From assembly GCA_965237805.1 (NCBI GenBank), contig OZ250153.1, forward strand, positions 1,536,001 to 1,600,000: 64,000 nucleotides of DNA, in the 5' to 3' direction. Source of the DNA: Gammaproteobacteria bacterium. Lineage in GTDB: Bacteria > Pseudomonadota > Gammaproteobacteria > JABABF01. This document shows positions 37,788 through 48,298 of this stretch, piece after piece. Each line of letters opens with the position of its first letter. Position 1 is the first letter of the stretch. The notes beneath the pieces are model-generated. The model did no database searches, was not told the origin of the DNA, and worked only from the letters and a program-made list of their open reading frames with translations. A program made the position numbers and the translations under genes.

Positions 37788-38612
37788 CTAGCCCGCGCCC
37801 GCCTGCACCATGAAGCCGCCATCGCTGACCACCACTGAGCCGGTGGTATAGCTGGCGGCGGCATCGCTGCCCAGAAACAGGGCTGCGCCGATGATTTCGC
37901 TACCGTGGGCCACGCGCCGCATGGCGGTGGATTTGGCGCTGAGCTCCATAAAACCCGGTGCCACTTGCTCGGCCTTGCGTAGCATATCGGTGTCGTAGGG
38001 TCCAGGGGCGAGCGCATTGATGCGTATCCGCCACGGTGCCCATTCTGCCGCCATGCTCTGGGTCAATGCAGCCAATCCAGCCTTGGCCGCACAGTAGATG
38101 GCGACCCCGGGGCCGGGCCGCAAACCGCCCACCGAAATGACATTGATGATGGCACCGCCCCCGGCATCGCGCATTTTCGGAGCTGAGCGTGCCGCCAGAT
38201 ACCACGGGCCGCGCAGATTGACGTTGATGATCTTCTCCCATAGCCCCAAGTCGGCATTTTCCAGCGGCGCGCCGAGGCCGACGCCAGCATTGTTGACCAG
38301 CACATCGATGCACCCACAATGGCTCCATGCCGCTTCGACCAGCCGATCGAGCTGGGCGGCATCGCCAGTGTCTGCGGTGATGGCCACAGCGCGACCGCCG
38401 CGCTCTTCGATCTCCCGCACCACGGTATCGCAGGCATCGGCCTTGCGGCTGGACACCACCACCTGTGCGCCGGCTGCCGCGAAGCCCAGTGCCATGCTGC
38501 GTCCGATGCCGCGGCTACCGCCGGTGATCAGCACACTGCGACCGCTGTAATCGAACAGCGCCGCCGGGGTTTGGATCGCTTCCCGCTCTGCCTGCGTGGC
38601 CTTCGCTCGCAT
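37788..38612 (-). CDS. Short-chain dehydrogenase/reductase
   Basis: TGGSRGIG, NNAG, YCAAK, INALAPG. Confidence 0.93.
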   Translation of the reverse strand: MRAKATQAEREAIQTPAALFDYSGRSVLITGGSRGIGRSMALGFAAAGAQVVVSSRKADACDTVVREIEERGGRAVAITADTGDAAQLDRLVEAAWSHCGCIDVLVNNAGVGLGAPLENADLGLWEKIINVNLRGPWYLAARSAPKMRDAGGGAIINVISVGGLRPGPGVAIYCAAKAGLAALTQSMAAEWAPWRIRINALAPGPYDTDMLRKAEQVAPGFMELSAKSTAMRRVAHGSEIIGAALFLGSDAAASYTTGSVVVSDGGFMVQAGAG

Positions 38613-38617
38613 CGTCT

Positions 38618-39856
38618 TCAGGCGATGTCGAAAGCGATGGGCATGCGCTTGATGCCGTTGATGAAGTGCGAGCGCAACCACTCAACCGAGCCGTCAAAGC
38701 GCGGCTGGCGGATGCGTTCGACCACCGCCGCCATCGTCACCCGCAGCTCGAGCCGAGCCAAGTGGGTGCCGAGGCAGAAATGTTCCCCATAGCCAAAAGG
38801 CCGCGCTTCTCCCGCCACCGCTTCACGTTGCGGGCGGGTGATATCAAATATATCCGGTTGCTCGAAATGAGTCTCATCGGCGCTAGCCGATTGATAGAAC
38901 ATCACGATCTTGTCGTCCTTGGCGATCTGCTGGCCGCCCAGCTCGGTGTCTGCGGTGGCGGTGCGGCGGAAGGCGATCACCGGGGAGCAGTAGCGCAGCC
39001 CCTCTTCCACCGCATCGGGGATCAGACTGGGGTCATCGACCAGCATCTGGTACTGCGCTGGGTGTTCGATTAGCAGCCGCATCAGCTGGGAGGTCTGGTT
39101 GCGCGTGGTCTCGTTGCCAGCCACGATCAACAGCATCATAAAAGCGTGGAATTCATCGATGCTGAGTTGCTCACCTTCGACATTGCTATGCAGCAGGGTG
39201 TAGACCAAATTGTGTGCAGGGGCATCGTCTTGGTACCGTTCCGCCAGCTGGTCGGCGTAGCTGTACAAGGCGGTCGTGGCATTGATCTGCGCGTCGAGGC
39301 CGTGGCTGTACTCAGGGTCGTCGCCGCCGATCAACGTATTGCTCCACTCGAAGAATTGACGGCGATCTTCCTGTGGTACGCCGAGGATTTCGCAGATTGC
39401 CATCAGGGGCAGTTCGGCGGCGATGTCGGCGACGAATTCGCAACGCCCGCCCGCCAACGCTTTTTCGACCAAGCTGTGCGCACGTTGCTCGAAGCGGGGG
39501 CGGTAGCTGTCCACCATCGTCGGCGTGAAGGCGCTGCGCACGATGCGTCGGTATTTGATATGCCGAGGCGGATCCATGCACAGCAGGTTTTTGCGCTGCA
39601 TTTCGAGCTGATCTGGTGCGGTCTCATTTAGGTAGGGCAGCCGCACCTCCGAGGAGAACAGCTTGGCGTTCTTGGAGACGATGTCCACTTCGGCTTGTTT
39701 GGTGACCGCCCAGTAGCCACTGTCGGTGTAGGGGTCGTCCAGCCAGCAGACTGGCTGGTTCTGTCGCAGCTCGCGATATTGCTCGCGCGGCGGTCCGTTG
39801 AGGAAAAGATCGGCATCCAACAATTGAATGTGGGGACACTGACTCGCTTTGTTCAT
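38618..39856 (-). CDS. Cytochrome P450, CYP125/CYP124-like
   Basis: MDPPRH, I-helix VAGNETTRN, EEGLR (ExxR), SPVIAFRRTAT, heme motif FGYGEHFCLG, RSHFINGIK. Confidence 0.93.
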   Translation of the reverse strand: MNKASQCPHIQLLDADLFLNGPPREQYRELRQNQPVCWLDDPYTDSGYWAVTKQAEVDIVSKNAKLFSSEVRLPYLNETAPDQLEMQRKNLLCMDPPRHIKYRRIVRSAFTPTMVDSYRPRFEQRAHSLVEKALAGGRCEFVADIAAELPLMAICEILGVPQEDRRQFFEWSNTLIGGDDPEYSHGLDAQINATTALYSYADQLAERYQDDAPAHNLVYTLLHSNVEGEQLSIDEFHAFMMLLIVAGNETTRNQTSQLMRLLIEHPAQYQMLVDDPSLIPDAVEEGLRYCSPVIAFRRTATADTELGGQQIAKDDKIVMFYQSASADETHFEQPDIFDITRPQREAVAGEARPFGYGEHFCLGTHLARLELRVTMAAVVERIRQPRFDGSVEWLRSHFINGIKRMPIAFDIA

Positions 39857-40087
39857 GATGTATGGACCTCTATACGCTGCTTCGGTACCGTGACAGTTTG
39901 ATCACCGTTGCGTTGCCCCTCTCACGCATCTTGCATTATAGGATTGATCGGGCATGGTGTGTGGTGCGAGCTGTATCCCGCGCCACAGTCGGTGGGTGGC
40001 ATCGTCTGGGCTGCCGAGCTGAGCCTATAATCTCAGGCGGATGATCTGACTCGCCACTGTCGTCGGCGCGCCCCGGTTTTCGAGCTG

Positions 40088-42991
40088 ATGCCACGCCATT
40101 CCCCATCCCACCATACCGCCTCCACGCCGCATTTCCCGCTGCACAGTTTTTGGGCGCTCTACGCCGTCTCTGTCGCTGGCTTGGCCTGGTCGATCCAGCT
40201 GGGGGTCGCGCCGCTCGGCGCGGTGTTGGGAAGTGCTGTCCGCGGCCTCAGTCTGCCAGTGTTTGCGCTCGCCGCCGCAGCGCTGGGCGCTTGGCTGTCG
40301 TCGATCCAAGCGCGTCGTGGCGGCGCGGCCTTGTTGGGGGCGATGGCGGTGCTGGCGCTGTCGGCGCTGTGGCTAGTTTTTGTAGTCGTGGCTGTGCGGG
40401 GGGATGTTGGCGCTGCGGTCAAGCACGGTGCTAGCTGGTGGTGGTATGCACTGGCGCTGACGGCGATCCCTGCCGCACTGTGTGGTGTGTTCGCAGCCCT
40501 ATTCGCGGCTGGCTTGCGTCGCCATTGTGGGATTGCGCCGAGCCTGTTGGTGGCGCGGATGTTGCTGTTGGGCAGCGGTGCTGCCGCGCTCGGCCTGCTG
40601 ATCTCGGTGCTGCCGTCCTCGGGGCGCTTCGACAGCAACCGCTTGCCGGCGATCGCCGGCCTCGTCCTAGGGGCTTGTGCGGTGTTCGGCTACGCCCTAT
40701 TTCGCCGCTTCTCTCCGCTCGGCAGTCGCCGTCCCGGCGCAGCGATGCCAGCACTTGCCATGCTGCCGTCCCGTATTGCACTGCCGCTCGCCGGGGTCGC
40801 CGCCGGCGCAGCGCTCGGCGCTTGGCACGACTTGGCGCTGGCTTGGGATGCCTGGTACGATGCCAGTCTATGGTTGGCCATTTGTTGCCTGTTGGCACTG
40901 GCTGCCGGTGTTGGCAGCGGGTTGCGCCGAGGCGGGGCGTGGCCGCCATCGGGGTGGCTGCTGTGGGCCGCTGCGCTCGCGGTGGCCACCCCTTGGTTGC
41001 TGAGTGCAGTCGCCCTGCTCGGCGATACCATCGCTCTCGGTGCATCCCAGTCCGATATCGCACCAGCCTACGGCGGCTACCGCGCCTTGGCTGGGCTCTG
41101 CTCGGTGCTGCTGGCGGTGCCGATGGCGGCGCTGGGGGCGGTGTTGCCGGGGCTACTCGGCGGCGCAGTGCAGCGCGTCGGACACGATGGCGGTTGGGGT
41201 ACCGCCCTCGCGACGCTTTTGTTGGGTAGCGCTGTTGGCATCGCTTGGAGCCAAGGCTATCTGCTCCCCGCTTGGGGTCCGGCCGCCGGACTGTTGCCAG
41301 CCGTCGTACTGCTGAGCTACGCCGCCGTCCTCAAGCCGCTGTCTCAGCGCTTCGGCAGCTGTCTGGCAGCCTGCGCTACGGTAGTTGTGGTGCTGGTGCT
41401 GGTGCTGGGCGTGGTGGTGGCTCCGTCACCATCGGCGCAGCTGGCCGAGCGGCGCGCGCAGCGCCTCGGTGACGGGGCGCAGTTGCTGTGGCAGCGTCGC
41501 GGCCATGCCGGCGAGACGCGCCTCTACCGCTATCCTGAGCTGAGCTTGCGCGCGCTGTTTGTCGGTGGGCGGCAGCGGGCGGTGACGCGTGATGGCCGCG
41601 CCCTCGAATTGCCGTTGGCGGCGGCGCTGGGCCTGCTGTCGGCACCGGCTGCACGCCGTGTGCTGGCCATCGGCGCGGAGCTCAACGCCGCCACTGTGTT
41701 GGCTTCTCGCGAGCTGTTGCAACTCGATCTCCTAGTGCCAGACGACATCGCTTTAGAGGCTGTGCGGGAACTGGGTGCGCCGCTGGACCGCCTGGTGTTG
41801 GATCCGAGGGTGTTCTCGCACAATATTCCGCCGCGCCGATTTTTGCTGGCTCAGGGGCACCGCTACCCGTTGATCTTGTCCGCAGAGTACGGTGACGGGG
41901 GTCGCTACACTCAAGCTTTCTACCGTCTGGTGCACGCTCGCCTCAAGGATGGCGGTATCTTCGTCCAACGCTTGCCGCCCTTGGGAATGACGGCTTTTGT
42001 CGCCGTCTACAAGGCGCTGAACTTCGCTTTTACCGACCTGTCGCTGTTTGTTGGCGGCGGCGGCCTAGTAGTGGTAGCGCGGCGCGGCGGGACTTTGCCC
42101 CCGCTCCCCTCGCAGCTGTGGCAACACCCGTCCACGGCAGCTTTTTTTGCCCGTCATGGCTTGGCGCATGCCAACGATGTGCAGCTCAGGTTTATCGGTA
42201 ACCGTCTGTGGTTGAACAGCTACTACCCGGTGCTCTCAGTGCCCAGCGCACAGGACCGGCTACGCTTCGTGTCGCGTCACTTGGCGCGGGCGCGATTTGC
42301 TGGTGCCCCATCGCCAGAACAGCGCCAGTTTCTGGCTCTGCGTGGCAGTGATGGCATCTCGCTGAGCGCGGTGCTCAGCCAGCGACCGCTGCATTCCTCA
42401 ACGCAGACACCAAGCGTAGCCAGCGACCCGCCGGATCTCTATTTGGCTGCGAGAGCGCGCGCTTTGGCAGAGGCGTTGGCGCAAGGTGATATCGCCGCTA
42501 TCCCCACTGTCGCCGCGCTGAGCCGCCCCTGCGCTGCGGGCGCACCGCTGTGCGGCGACGATTGGCCGCCACTGATTCGTCACCAGCTCTTGCCCCTGTT
42601 GCCGTGGTTGAGCGATGCCGAAGCCATCCGCTTGGGCGCGGCCTTAGGGCGTTGGCGCAAGGGACGCGAGCTCGGTGCTGTTGGCGAGGCCGAGCACCAG
42701 CTATTGCTGGCGCTGTGTCGCCGCGATTGGGAGCAGGTGGGCGACTTGGCCGAGGCGATGTTGCCACCGCCCGATGTGGCGCTCTCCACTGCAGCTCAGC
42801 GCCGCCACGCCCGCACTGCGCTGTTGGCCCACTTCCTCGAACTCGAGCTGCAGTCGGTACTACGCCTCGCGAATAGGCTGGGTGCAGATGGCCGCCAGCT
42901 GCCCTTTGCGGTCTATTTCGCCATCGCCTCGACGCAGGGGCAGCTCGAGATTTTCAAGCGGATACGCATCGGTGCCACGAGCGAGCAATAG
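40088..42991 (+). CDS. Degenerate fused multi-TM / spermidine-synthase-like methyltransferase-fold protein
   Basis: About 13 hydrophobic segments, then RRVLAIG, YPLILS, YTQAFYRLVHARLKDGGIFVQ. Confidence 0.7.
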   Translation: MPRHSPSHHTASTPHFPLHSFWALYAVSVAGLAWSIQLGVAPLGAVLGSAVRGLSLPVFALAAAALGAWLSSIQARRGGAALLGAMAVLALSALWLVFVVVAVRGDVGAAVKHGASWWWYALALTAIPAALCGVFAALFAAGLRRHCGIAPSLLVARMLLLGSGAAALGLLISVLPSSGRFDSNRLPAIAGLVLGACAVFGYALFRRFSPLGSRRPGAAMPALAMLPSRIALPLAGVAAGAALGAWHDLALAWDAWYDASLWLAICCLLALAAGVGSGLRRGGAWPPSGWLLWAAALAVATPWLLSAVALLGDTIALGASQSDIAPAYGGYRALAGLCSVLLAVPMAALGAVLPGLLGGAVQRVGHDGGWGTALATLLLGSAVGIAWSQGYLLPAWGPAAGLLPAVVLLSYAAVLKPLSQRFGSCLAACATVVVVLVLVLGVVVAPSPSAQLAERRAQRLGDGAQLLWQRRGHAGETRLYRYPELSLRALFVGGRQRAVTRDGRALELPLAAALGLLSAPAARRVLAIGAELNAATVLASRELLQLDLLVPDDIALEAVRELGAPLDRLVLDPRVFSHNIPPRRFLLAQGHRYPLILSAEYGDGGRYTQAFYRLVHARLKDGGIFVQRLPPLGMTAFVAVYKALNFAFTDLSLFVGGGGLVVVARRGGTLPPLPSQLWQHPSTAAFFARHGLAHANDVQLRFIGNRLWLNSYYPVLSVPSAQDRLRFVSRHLARARFAGAPSPEQRQFLALRGSDGISLSAVLSQRPLHSSTQTPSVASDPPDLYLAARARALAEALAQGDIAAIPTVAALSRPCAAGAPLCGDDWPPLIRHQLLPLLPWLSDAEAIRLGAALGRWRKGRELGAVGEAEHQLLLALCRRDWEQVGDLAEAMLPPPDVALSTAAQRRHARTALLAHFLELELQSVLRLANRLGADGRQLPFAVYFAIASTQGQLEIFKRIRIGATSEQ

Positions 42992-43111
42992 CCGACGGCG
43001 TCGGCGAGCTGTTGCGCCCGTTATTTGTGTTGGTGTTAGGCTACAGCTACTTTTGGAGCGCAGGGATGGCGTGTATAGTACCGTCACGATGGCTGGGGAC
43101 AGAGCGAGCAG

Positions 43112-44335
43112 ATGACTAGACAAAAACGCGAGATACGCTATGGCGGTGCCATGATGGGGCAGGCCGAGATCGATGCCGTGACGGCGGTGATGCGCCGCGA
43201 GCACGGCCTTGTCGTCGGCGAGCATGTCGCCCGCTTCGAGCAGCGCGTTGCTGCCTTGATGGGCAAGCGCTATGGTGCGATGGTCAATTCTGGCAGCTCC
43301 GCCCTGATGGTTGCGTTGCGCCTGCTCGATCTGAAGCCGGGCGATGAAGTCATCACCCCAGCGCTGACTTTCAGCTCCGATATTGCCGCCATTGTCCATA
43401 CTGGTGGGGTGCCAGTACTGGCCGATGTCGAGCCCGACACTTACCAGATTGACCCTGGCCGCATCGAGCCTCTGATCACCGCCAAGACCCGCGCTCTGTT
43501 GGTGCCGGATCTGATCGGCGGCATGCCGGACTGGGATCTGCTACGCGACATCGCCGATCGCCACAAACTGATCTTGGTCGAGGACAGCGCCGATACCCTC
43601 GGCGGCACTTTTCGCGGCCAGCCGAGCGGAGCTCGCGCCGACATCGGCATCACCAGCTTCTCTATCTTTCACATCATGACCTGCTTGGGCAATGGTGGCA
43701 TGGTCTGCGTCGACGACGAGGCCGAGTGGGATCGCTCGTTGATGTTGCGCGCTTGGGGGCGCTCCTCAGAGAAGTATCTGTTCGGCAGCCTGCAGCAGGA
43801 CAGCGACGGACGCTTTTTCGAAGATCTGGACGGCTTGCCCTACGACGGGATGTTCATCTTCGAGGAGCTGGCCTACGGCTTTATCCCCAACGAGGCCGGT
43901 GCTGCCTTTGGCTTGGCTCAACTCGATCAGCTGGCGCACTTCGCCGAGCTGCGCGATCGCAACTTCCAAGCACACCAAAAGTTTTTGCAACAATATGACG
44001 ATCTCTTCCTGCGCCCGCGGATCCTCGATGATGTCGTCACCACTTGGATCTGCTATCCGTTGCAGCTGCGAGCCGAAGTGGGTTGGGACCGCCGTGAGTT
44101 GCAAGTGCATCTGGAGGACGCTGGTATCTTTACTCGCGTCATTTTCTCCGGCAACATCGCCCGCCAGCCGATGATGCGCGGTGTCGATTTCCGTGCCGAC
44201 CCGCAGGGCCTGCCCGGTGCCGACCAAGTGATGGAGCACGGGCTGATGCTGCCCTGCCATCCGACGATGGACGAAGACGACTGCGGCTATCTCTACGAGG
44301 TGCTGGAGGAGTTCATCGCCGCCCGCCGCAGCTGA
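43112..44335 (+). CDS. DegT/DnrJ/EryC1 family PLP enzyme, RfbH/ColD-like NDP-sugar dehydratase
   Basis: VNSGSSAL, VEDSADTLG, SFSIFHIMTCLGNGG, LRAWGR, TRVIFSGNI. Confidence 0.88.
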   Translation: MTRQKREIRYGGAMMGQAEIDAVTAVMRREHGLVVGEHVARFEQRVAALMGKRYGAMVNSGSSALMVALRLLDLKPGDEVITPALTFSSDIAAIVHTGGVPVLADVEPDTYQIDPGRIEPLITAKTRALLVPDLIGGMPDWDLLRDIADRHKLILVEDSADTLGGTFRGQPSGARADIGITSFSIFHIMTCLGNGGMVCVDDEAEWDRSLMLRAWGRSSEKYLFGSLQQDSDGRFFEDLDGLPYDGMFIFEELAYGFIPNEAGAAFGLAQLDQLAHFAELRDRNFQAHQKFLQQYDDLFLRPRILDDVVTTWICYPLQLRAEVGWDRRELQVHLEDAGIFTRVIFSGNIARQPMMRGVDFRADPQGLPGADQVMEHGLMLPCHPTMDEDDCGYLYEVLEEFIAARRS

Positions 44336-44350
44336 GTTGTCGCGACGGCT

Positions 44351-45175
44351 GTGCCGCGCCGCGGAACTTCGCCCGCACTCGCCAGCTCGCCGCTAGGGCG
44401 CGAAGCGGCTACAGCGCAGCGCTACGACCCCGCCCAGCTATGCTCCTTGCCGCGCTCGGCGAGGGGCGGGGTGGGCTTCGATCTGTGGCGTGCGTGGGAG
44501 CTCTCTTGGCTCGATTCGAGCAATCGCCCACAGCTGGTGCGCGGGGCCTTTTGGGTGCCTGCCGATTCGCCGCGTCTGCTCGAATCAAAGTCCGTCAAGC
44601 TCTACCTCAACTCGTTCAACCAGCATCGTTTGGCGAGCCGTTCCACCCTCGTCGAGCTGTTGCGAGCTGATCTCTCCGCTGCCGTCGGCGCACCGGTGCG
44701 GGTGGCGCTGGCCCCGCCCGACAGTGAGTGCGCGCCGTGGGGCACTCCACCACCGGTCGGGCGCTGCTTGGATCGCGCCGCCGGTGACTTTGCCGTGCGC
44801 CGTGCACCACGAGCGCAGCTGCTCGCCATCGTCCCCGGACGCTGGCGGCGCGAGGCTCTGCACAGCTGGTTGTTTCGCTCTCTGTGTCCGGTGACTGGCC
44901 AGCCGGATTGGGCGCTGATCTGCCTGCGCTACGAAGGCCCGGCGCTGGATGCGGCCGGGCTACTGTCCTATTTGGTGTCCTATCGCCGCCACCGCGCCTT
45001 CCACGAGTATTGCGTGGCGCGTATCCGCGATGACATCGTCCGTCGCTGCCGCCCGCAACGGCTGGAGGTGGCGGCTCTTTTCCATCGCCGTGGTGGCCTC
45101 GACATCAATCCCGTGCGCTATTTGCCGGGCACGCCACCGGGACAGCTGCGCCGGCATCTGCTGGCCCCCGCCTGA
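44351..45175 (+). CDS. queF: NADPH-dependent 7-cyano-7-deazaguanine reductase (bimodular)
   Basis: ESKSVKLYLNSFN, SLCPVTGQPDWA, FHEYCV, RRGGLDINP. Confidence 0.95.
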   Translation: MPRRGTSPALASSPLGREAATAQRYDPAQLCSLPRSARGGVGFDLWRAWELSWLDSSNRPQLVRGAFWVPADSPRLLESKSVKLYLNSFNQHRLASRSTLVELLRADLSAAVGAPVRVALAPPDSECAPWGTPPPVGRCLDRAAGDFAVRRAPRAQLLAIVPGRWRREALHSWLFRSLCPVTGQPDWALICLRYEGPALDAAGLLSYLVSYRRHRAFHEYCVARIRDDIVRRCRPQRLEVAALFHRRGGLDINPVRYLPGTPPGQLRRHLLAPA

Positions 45176-45237
45176 GGCCAACTGGTTTATAATTTGCCAT
45201 TGCAGCGCGGCACGACACAATCGCATGCTGGCTTTCC

Positions 45238-46737
45238 ATGCTGTCTAAAGATGCCATCCGCGACATCGCGCTAACTTTTGACGATGTCCTGATCCTGCCC
45301 GCTGCCTCGGATATCTTGCCCGCTGAGGCGCAGCTCGGCACCCGCCTTGCGGCCGACTTCGAGCTCGGCATTCCCTTGCTGTCGGCGGCCATGGACACGG
45401 TCACCGAATCGCAACAGGCCATCGCCATGGCACAGCACGGCGGCATCGGAGTCATCCATCGCAACCTCTCGGTAGAGCGCCAAGCCGAGGAGGTGCGGCG
45501 GGTCAAAAAATACGAGAGCGCCATCGTCCGCGACCCGGTCGCCGTGGCACCGGGTGACTCCCTCGACCACTTGCTGCAATTGCAGCACCGCTTGGGCATT
45601 TCGAGCATGCCGGTACTGGATTCCGGGCGCTTGGTCGGCATCGTGACCAGCCGCGATCTGCGGCTGTGCCACGAAGGCAACCGCCGCCCCGACCGTGTCG
45701 TCGACATCATGACCAGCAAGTTGATCACTGCGCCGGAAGGCACTGGCTTCTCTGCGGTGCAAGCGCTGATGCACGAGCATCGTGTCGAGAAAATCCTGCT
45801 GGTCGACCCTGCCGAGCCGACGCGGTTGTGCGGTTTGATCACCAGCCGCGACTTGGAAAAAGCGCAGCGCTATCCCAATGCTTGCAAGGATCGCGAGGGT
45901 CATCTGCGGGTCGCTGCCGCCGTCGGTGTCGGCCCGGACAGCGCGGAGCGCGTCGCGGCCTTGGTGGCGGCCGGCAGCGACGCACTGGTGGTTGACACCG
46001 CCCACGGTCATGCCTCGCGGGTGATCGCACGGCTGCGCGAGCTGCGTACTGCGCACCCAGATCTGTGCCTGATCGGCGGCAACATTGCCACTGCCGAGGC
46101 GGCTTTGGCGCTGGCCGAGACCGGCGTCAACGCGGTCAAAGTCGGCATCGGCCCCGGCTCGATCTGCACGACCCGCGTTGTGACTGGTGTCGGCGTGCCG
46201 CAGATCACCGCCTTGGCCTTGGTGCGCGAGGCTCTGGCTGGGCGTGGCATCGGCATCATCGCCGACGGCGGCATACGTCATTCCGGCGATGCCGCCAAGG
46301 CCATCGCCGCTGGCGCGGATGCTGTCATGCTGGGCAATCTCTTGGCCGGCACCACCGAATCGCCGGGTCAAGTGGAACTCTACGAGGGGCGCAGCTACAA
46401 GGCCTATCGCGGCATGGGCTCGGCGGCGGCGATGGGGGAGTACGGCGGCGACCGCTATTTCCAATTCCAAGACGAGGGCGCGGGGGCGTGCGGCGACAGC
46501 GACAAGCTGGTGCCGGAGGGCGTCGAGGGGCGGGTGCCGTTTCGTGGCCCGGTGGCGGGGGTGCTGCAGCAATTTTTAGGTGGGTTGCGCGCTTGCATGG
46601 GCTATACCGGCTGCCCGACTATCACCGAGCTGCGCGATCGCACGCAGTTCATTCGCATTAGCAATGCCGCTTGGATTGAGGGTCATGTCCACGATGTCAG
46701 CGTCACCCGCGAGGCCGTCAACTATCCCCGCAGCTGA
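45238..46737 (+). CDS. guaB: IMP dehydrogenase
   Basis: [19 protein letters not shown] pair, [24 protein letters not shown]. Confidence 0.98.
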   Translation: MLSKDAIRDIALTFDDVLILPAASDILPAEAQLGTRLAADFELGIPLLSAAMDTVTESQQAIAMAQHGGIGVIHRNLSVERQAEEVRRVKKYESAIVRDPVAVAPGDSLDHLLQLQHRLGISSMPVLDSGRLVGIVTSRDLRLCHEGNRRPDRVVDIMTSKLITAPEGTGFSAVQALMHEHRVEKILLVDPAEPTRLCGLITSRDLEKAQRYPNACKDREGHLRVAAAVGVGPDSAERVAALVAAGSDALVVDTAHGHASRVIARLRELRTAHPDLCLIGGNIATAEAALALAETGVNAVKVGIGPGSICTTRVVTGVGVPQITALALVREALAGRGIGIIADGGIRHSGDAAKAIAAGADAVMLGNLLAGTTESPGQVELYEGRSYKAYRGMGSAAAMGEYGGDRYFQFQDEGAGACGDSDKLVPEGVEGRVPFRGPVAGVLQQFLGGLRACMGYTGCPTITELRDRTQFIRISNAAWIEGHVHDVSVTREAVNYPRS

Positions 46738-48298
46738 AGCCGATGCCTTGCTGGTGGTCGATTTCGGCTCCCAGTATTCGCAGCTGATCGCCCGTCGGGT
46801 GCGCGCGGCGGGGGTTTATTGCGAGCTGTGCGCAGCGCAGGCACTCGATGACGATATCCTGCGCCGCCTGGCACCGCGCGGAGTGATCCTCTCCGGCGGC
46901 CCGGACACAGTGCTCTCCGCCACAGCGCTGTCGGTGCCGGTGGAGCTGTTCGCATTGGGGGTGCCAGTGCTGGGCATCTGCTACGGCATGCAGGCGATGG
47001 CGGTGCATTTTGGCGGTCGCGTCGAACGGGCCAGCGCTGCCAGCGAGTTTGGCCGCGCCGACGCGCACTTGGTCGGTGACGGTGGCGATCTGCTGGGCGG
47101 CTTGGAGGACGATACCGACGACCGCCAGTGCTGGGAGCTGTGGATGAGTCACGGCGATATGGTCGCCGAGTTGCCGCCGGGCTTCGCTGTCTCCGCTGCC
47201 ACCGACGCGGTGGCTATCGCGGCCATGCACGATCCAGTGCGGCGTTGCTATGGCCTCCAATTCCACCCCGAAGTGACGCATACGCCGCGCGGTGCGGCCA
47301 TCATCGCCAGCTTTGCCCACCAGATCTGCGGTTGCGCGGGGCACTGGACGGCGCGCAACATCGTCGCCCAAGAGCTGGCTGCCGTGCGGCGGCAGGTCAG
47401 CGATTCTCCAGTGTTGCTGGCGCTGTCGGGCGGCGTCGACTCGGCGGTGGCGGCGGTGCTGTTGCGGCGCGCCATCGGTGACCAGCTGCACTGCATTTTT
47501 GTCGACAACGGGCTGCTGAGGGCGGCTGAGGCCGAGCAGGTTCGCGCCATGGCGCGGCAGCTGCTCGGCGATTCCCTGATTTTCGTCGACGCTGCTGAGG
47601 AATTCCTCGGCGCGTTGGCCGGTATCACCGACCCCGAAAGCAAGCGCCGCGTCATCGGCGGCAAGTTCATCGAGGTCTTCGAACGCGAGGCGCAGAGCTT
47701 GGGCGCGGTCGATTTCCTCGCCCAAGGCACGATCTATCCGGATGTGATCGAGTCCGCCTCCTCCTCGGCATCGGCGCGGCTGATCAAATCGCACCACAAT
47801 GTTGGTGGCCTGCCAGAGCGCATGCGGATGCGCTTGGTCGAGCCTCTGCGCCGCCTGTTCAAGGACGAGGTGCGCCGAGTCGGTGCCGAGCTCGGCCTGC
47901 CAGCGGCGCAGCTCAGTCGCCACCCCTTCCCCGGGCCGGGCTTGGCAGTGCGCATTTTGGGCGAGATCACACCGGCGGCTCTGGCGACGCTACGCGTTGC
48001 CGATGCCATCTTTCTCGAGGAGTTGCGCCGCCGCCGCTGGTATCGCCGCGTCGCGCAGGCCTTCGCTGTCTTCCTGCCGGTGCGCTCGGTGGGGGTCACT
48101 GGCGATGCGCGCCGCTACGAGCCGGTCATCGCCTTGCGGGCGGTGGAGACCGACGATTTCATGACAGCGCGCTGGGCGCGCTTGCCGCCAGCACTGTTGG
48201 CGGCGGTGGCCGAGCGCATCGTCAACCAGCTGCCGGGGGTCTCGCGCGTGGTCTACGACATCACGAGCAAGCCACCGGCCACGGTGGAATGGGAGTAG
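46685..48298 (+). CDS. guaA: GMP synthase (glutamine-hydrolysing)
   Basis: DFGSQY, GICYGMQ, QFHPEV, SGGVDS, IKSHHNVGG, KPPATVEWE. Start overlaps the guaB 3' end and is uncertain. Confidence 0.97.
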   Translation: MSTMSASPARPSTIPAAEADALLVVDFGSQYSQLIARRVRAAGVYCELCAAQALDDDILRRLAPRGVILSGGPDTVLSATALSVPVELFALGVPVLGICYGMQAMAVHFGGRVERASAASEFGRADAHLVGDGGDLLGGLEDDTDDRQCWELWMSHGDMVAELPPGFAVSAATDAVAIAAMHDPVRRCYGLQFHPEVTHTPRGAAIIASFAHQICGCAGHWTARNIVAQELAAVRRQVSDSPVLLALSGGVDSAVAAVLLRRAIGDQLHCIFVDNGLLRAAEAEQVRAMARQLLGDSLIFVDAAEEFLGALAGITDPESKRRVIGGKFIEVFEREAQSLGAVDFLAQGTIYPDVIESASSSASARLIKSHHNVGGLPERMRMRLVEPLRRLFKDEVRRVGAELGLPAAQLSRHPFPGPGLAVRILGEITPAALATLRVADAIFLEELRRRRWYRRVAQAFAVFLPVRSVGVTGDARRYEPVIALRAVETDDFMTARWARLPPALLAAVAERIVNQLPGVSRVVYDITSKPPATVEWE

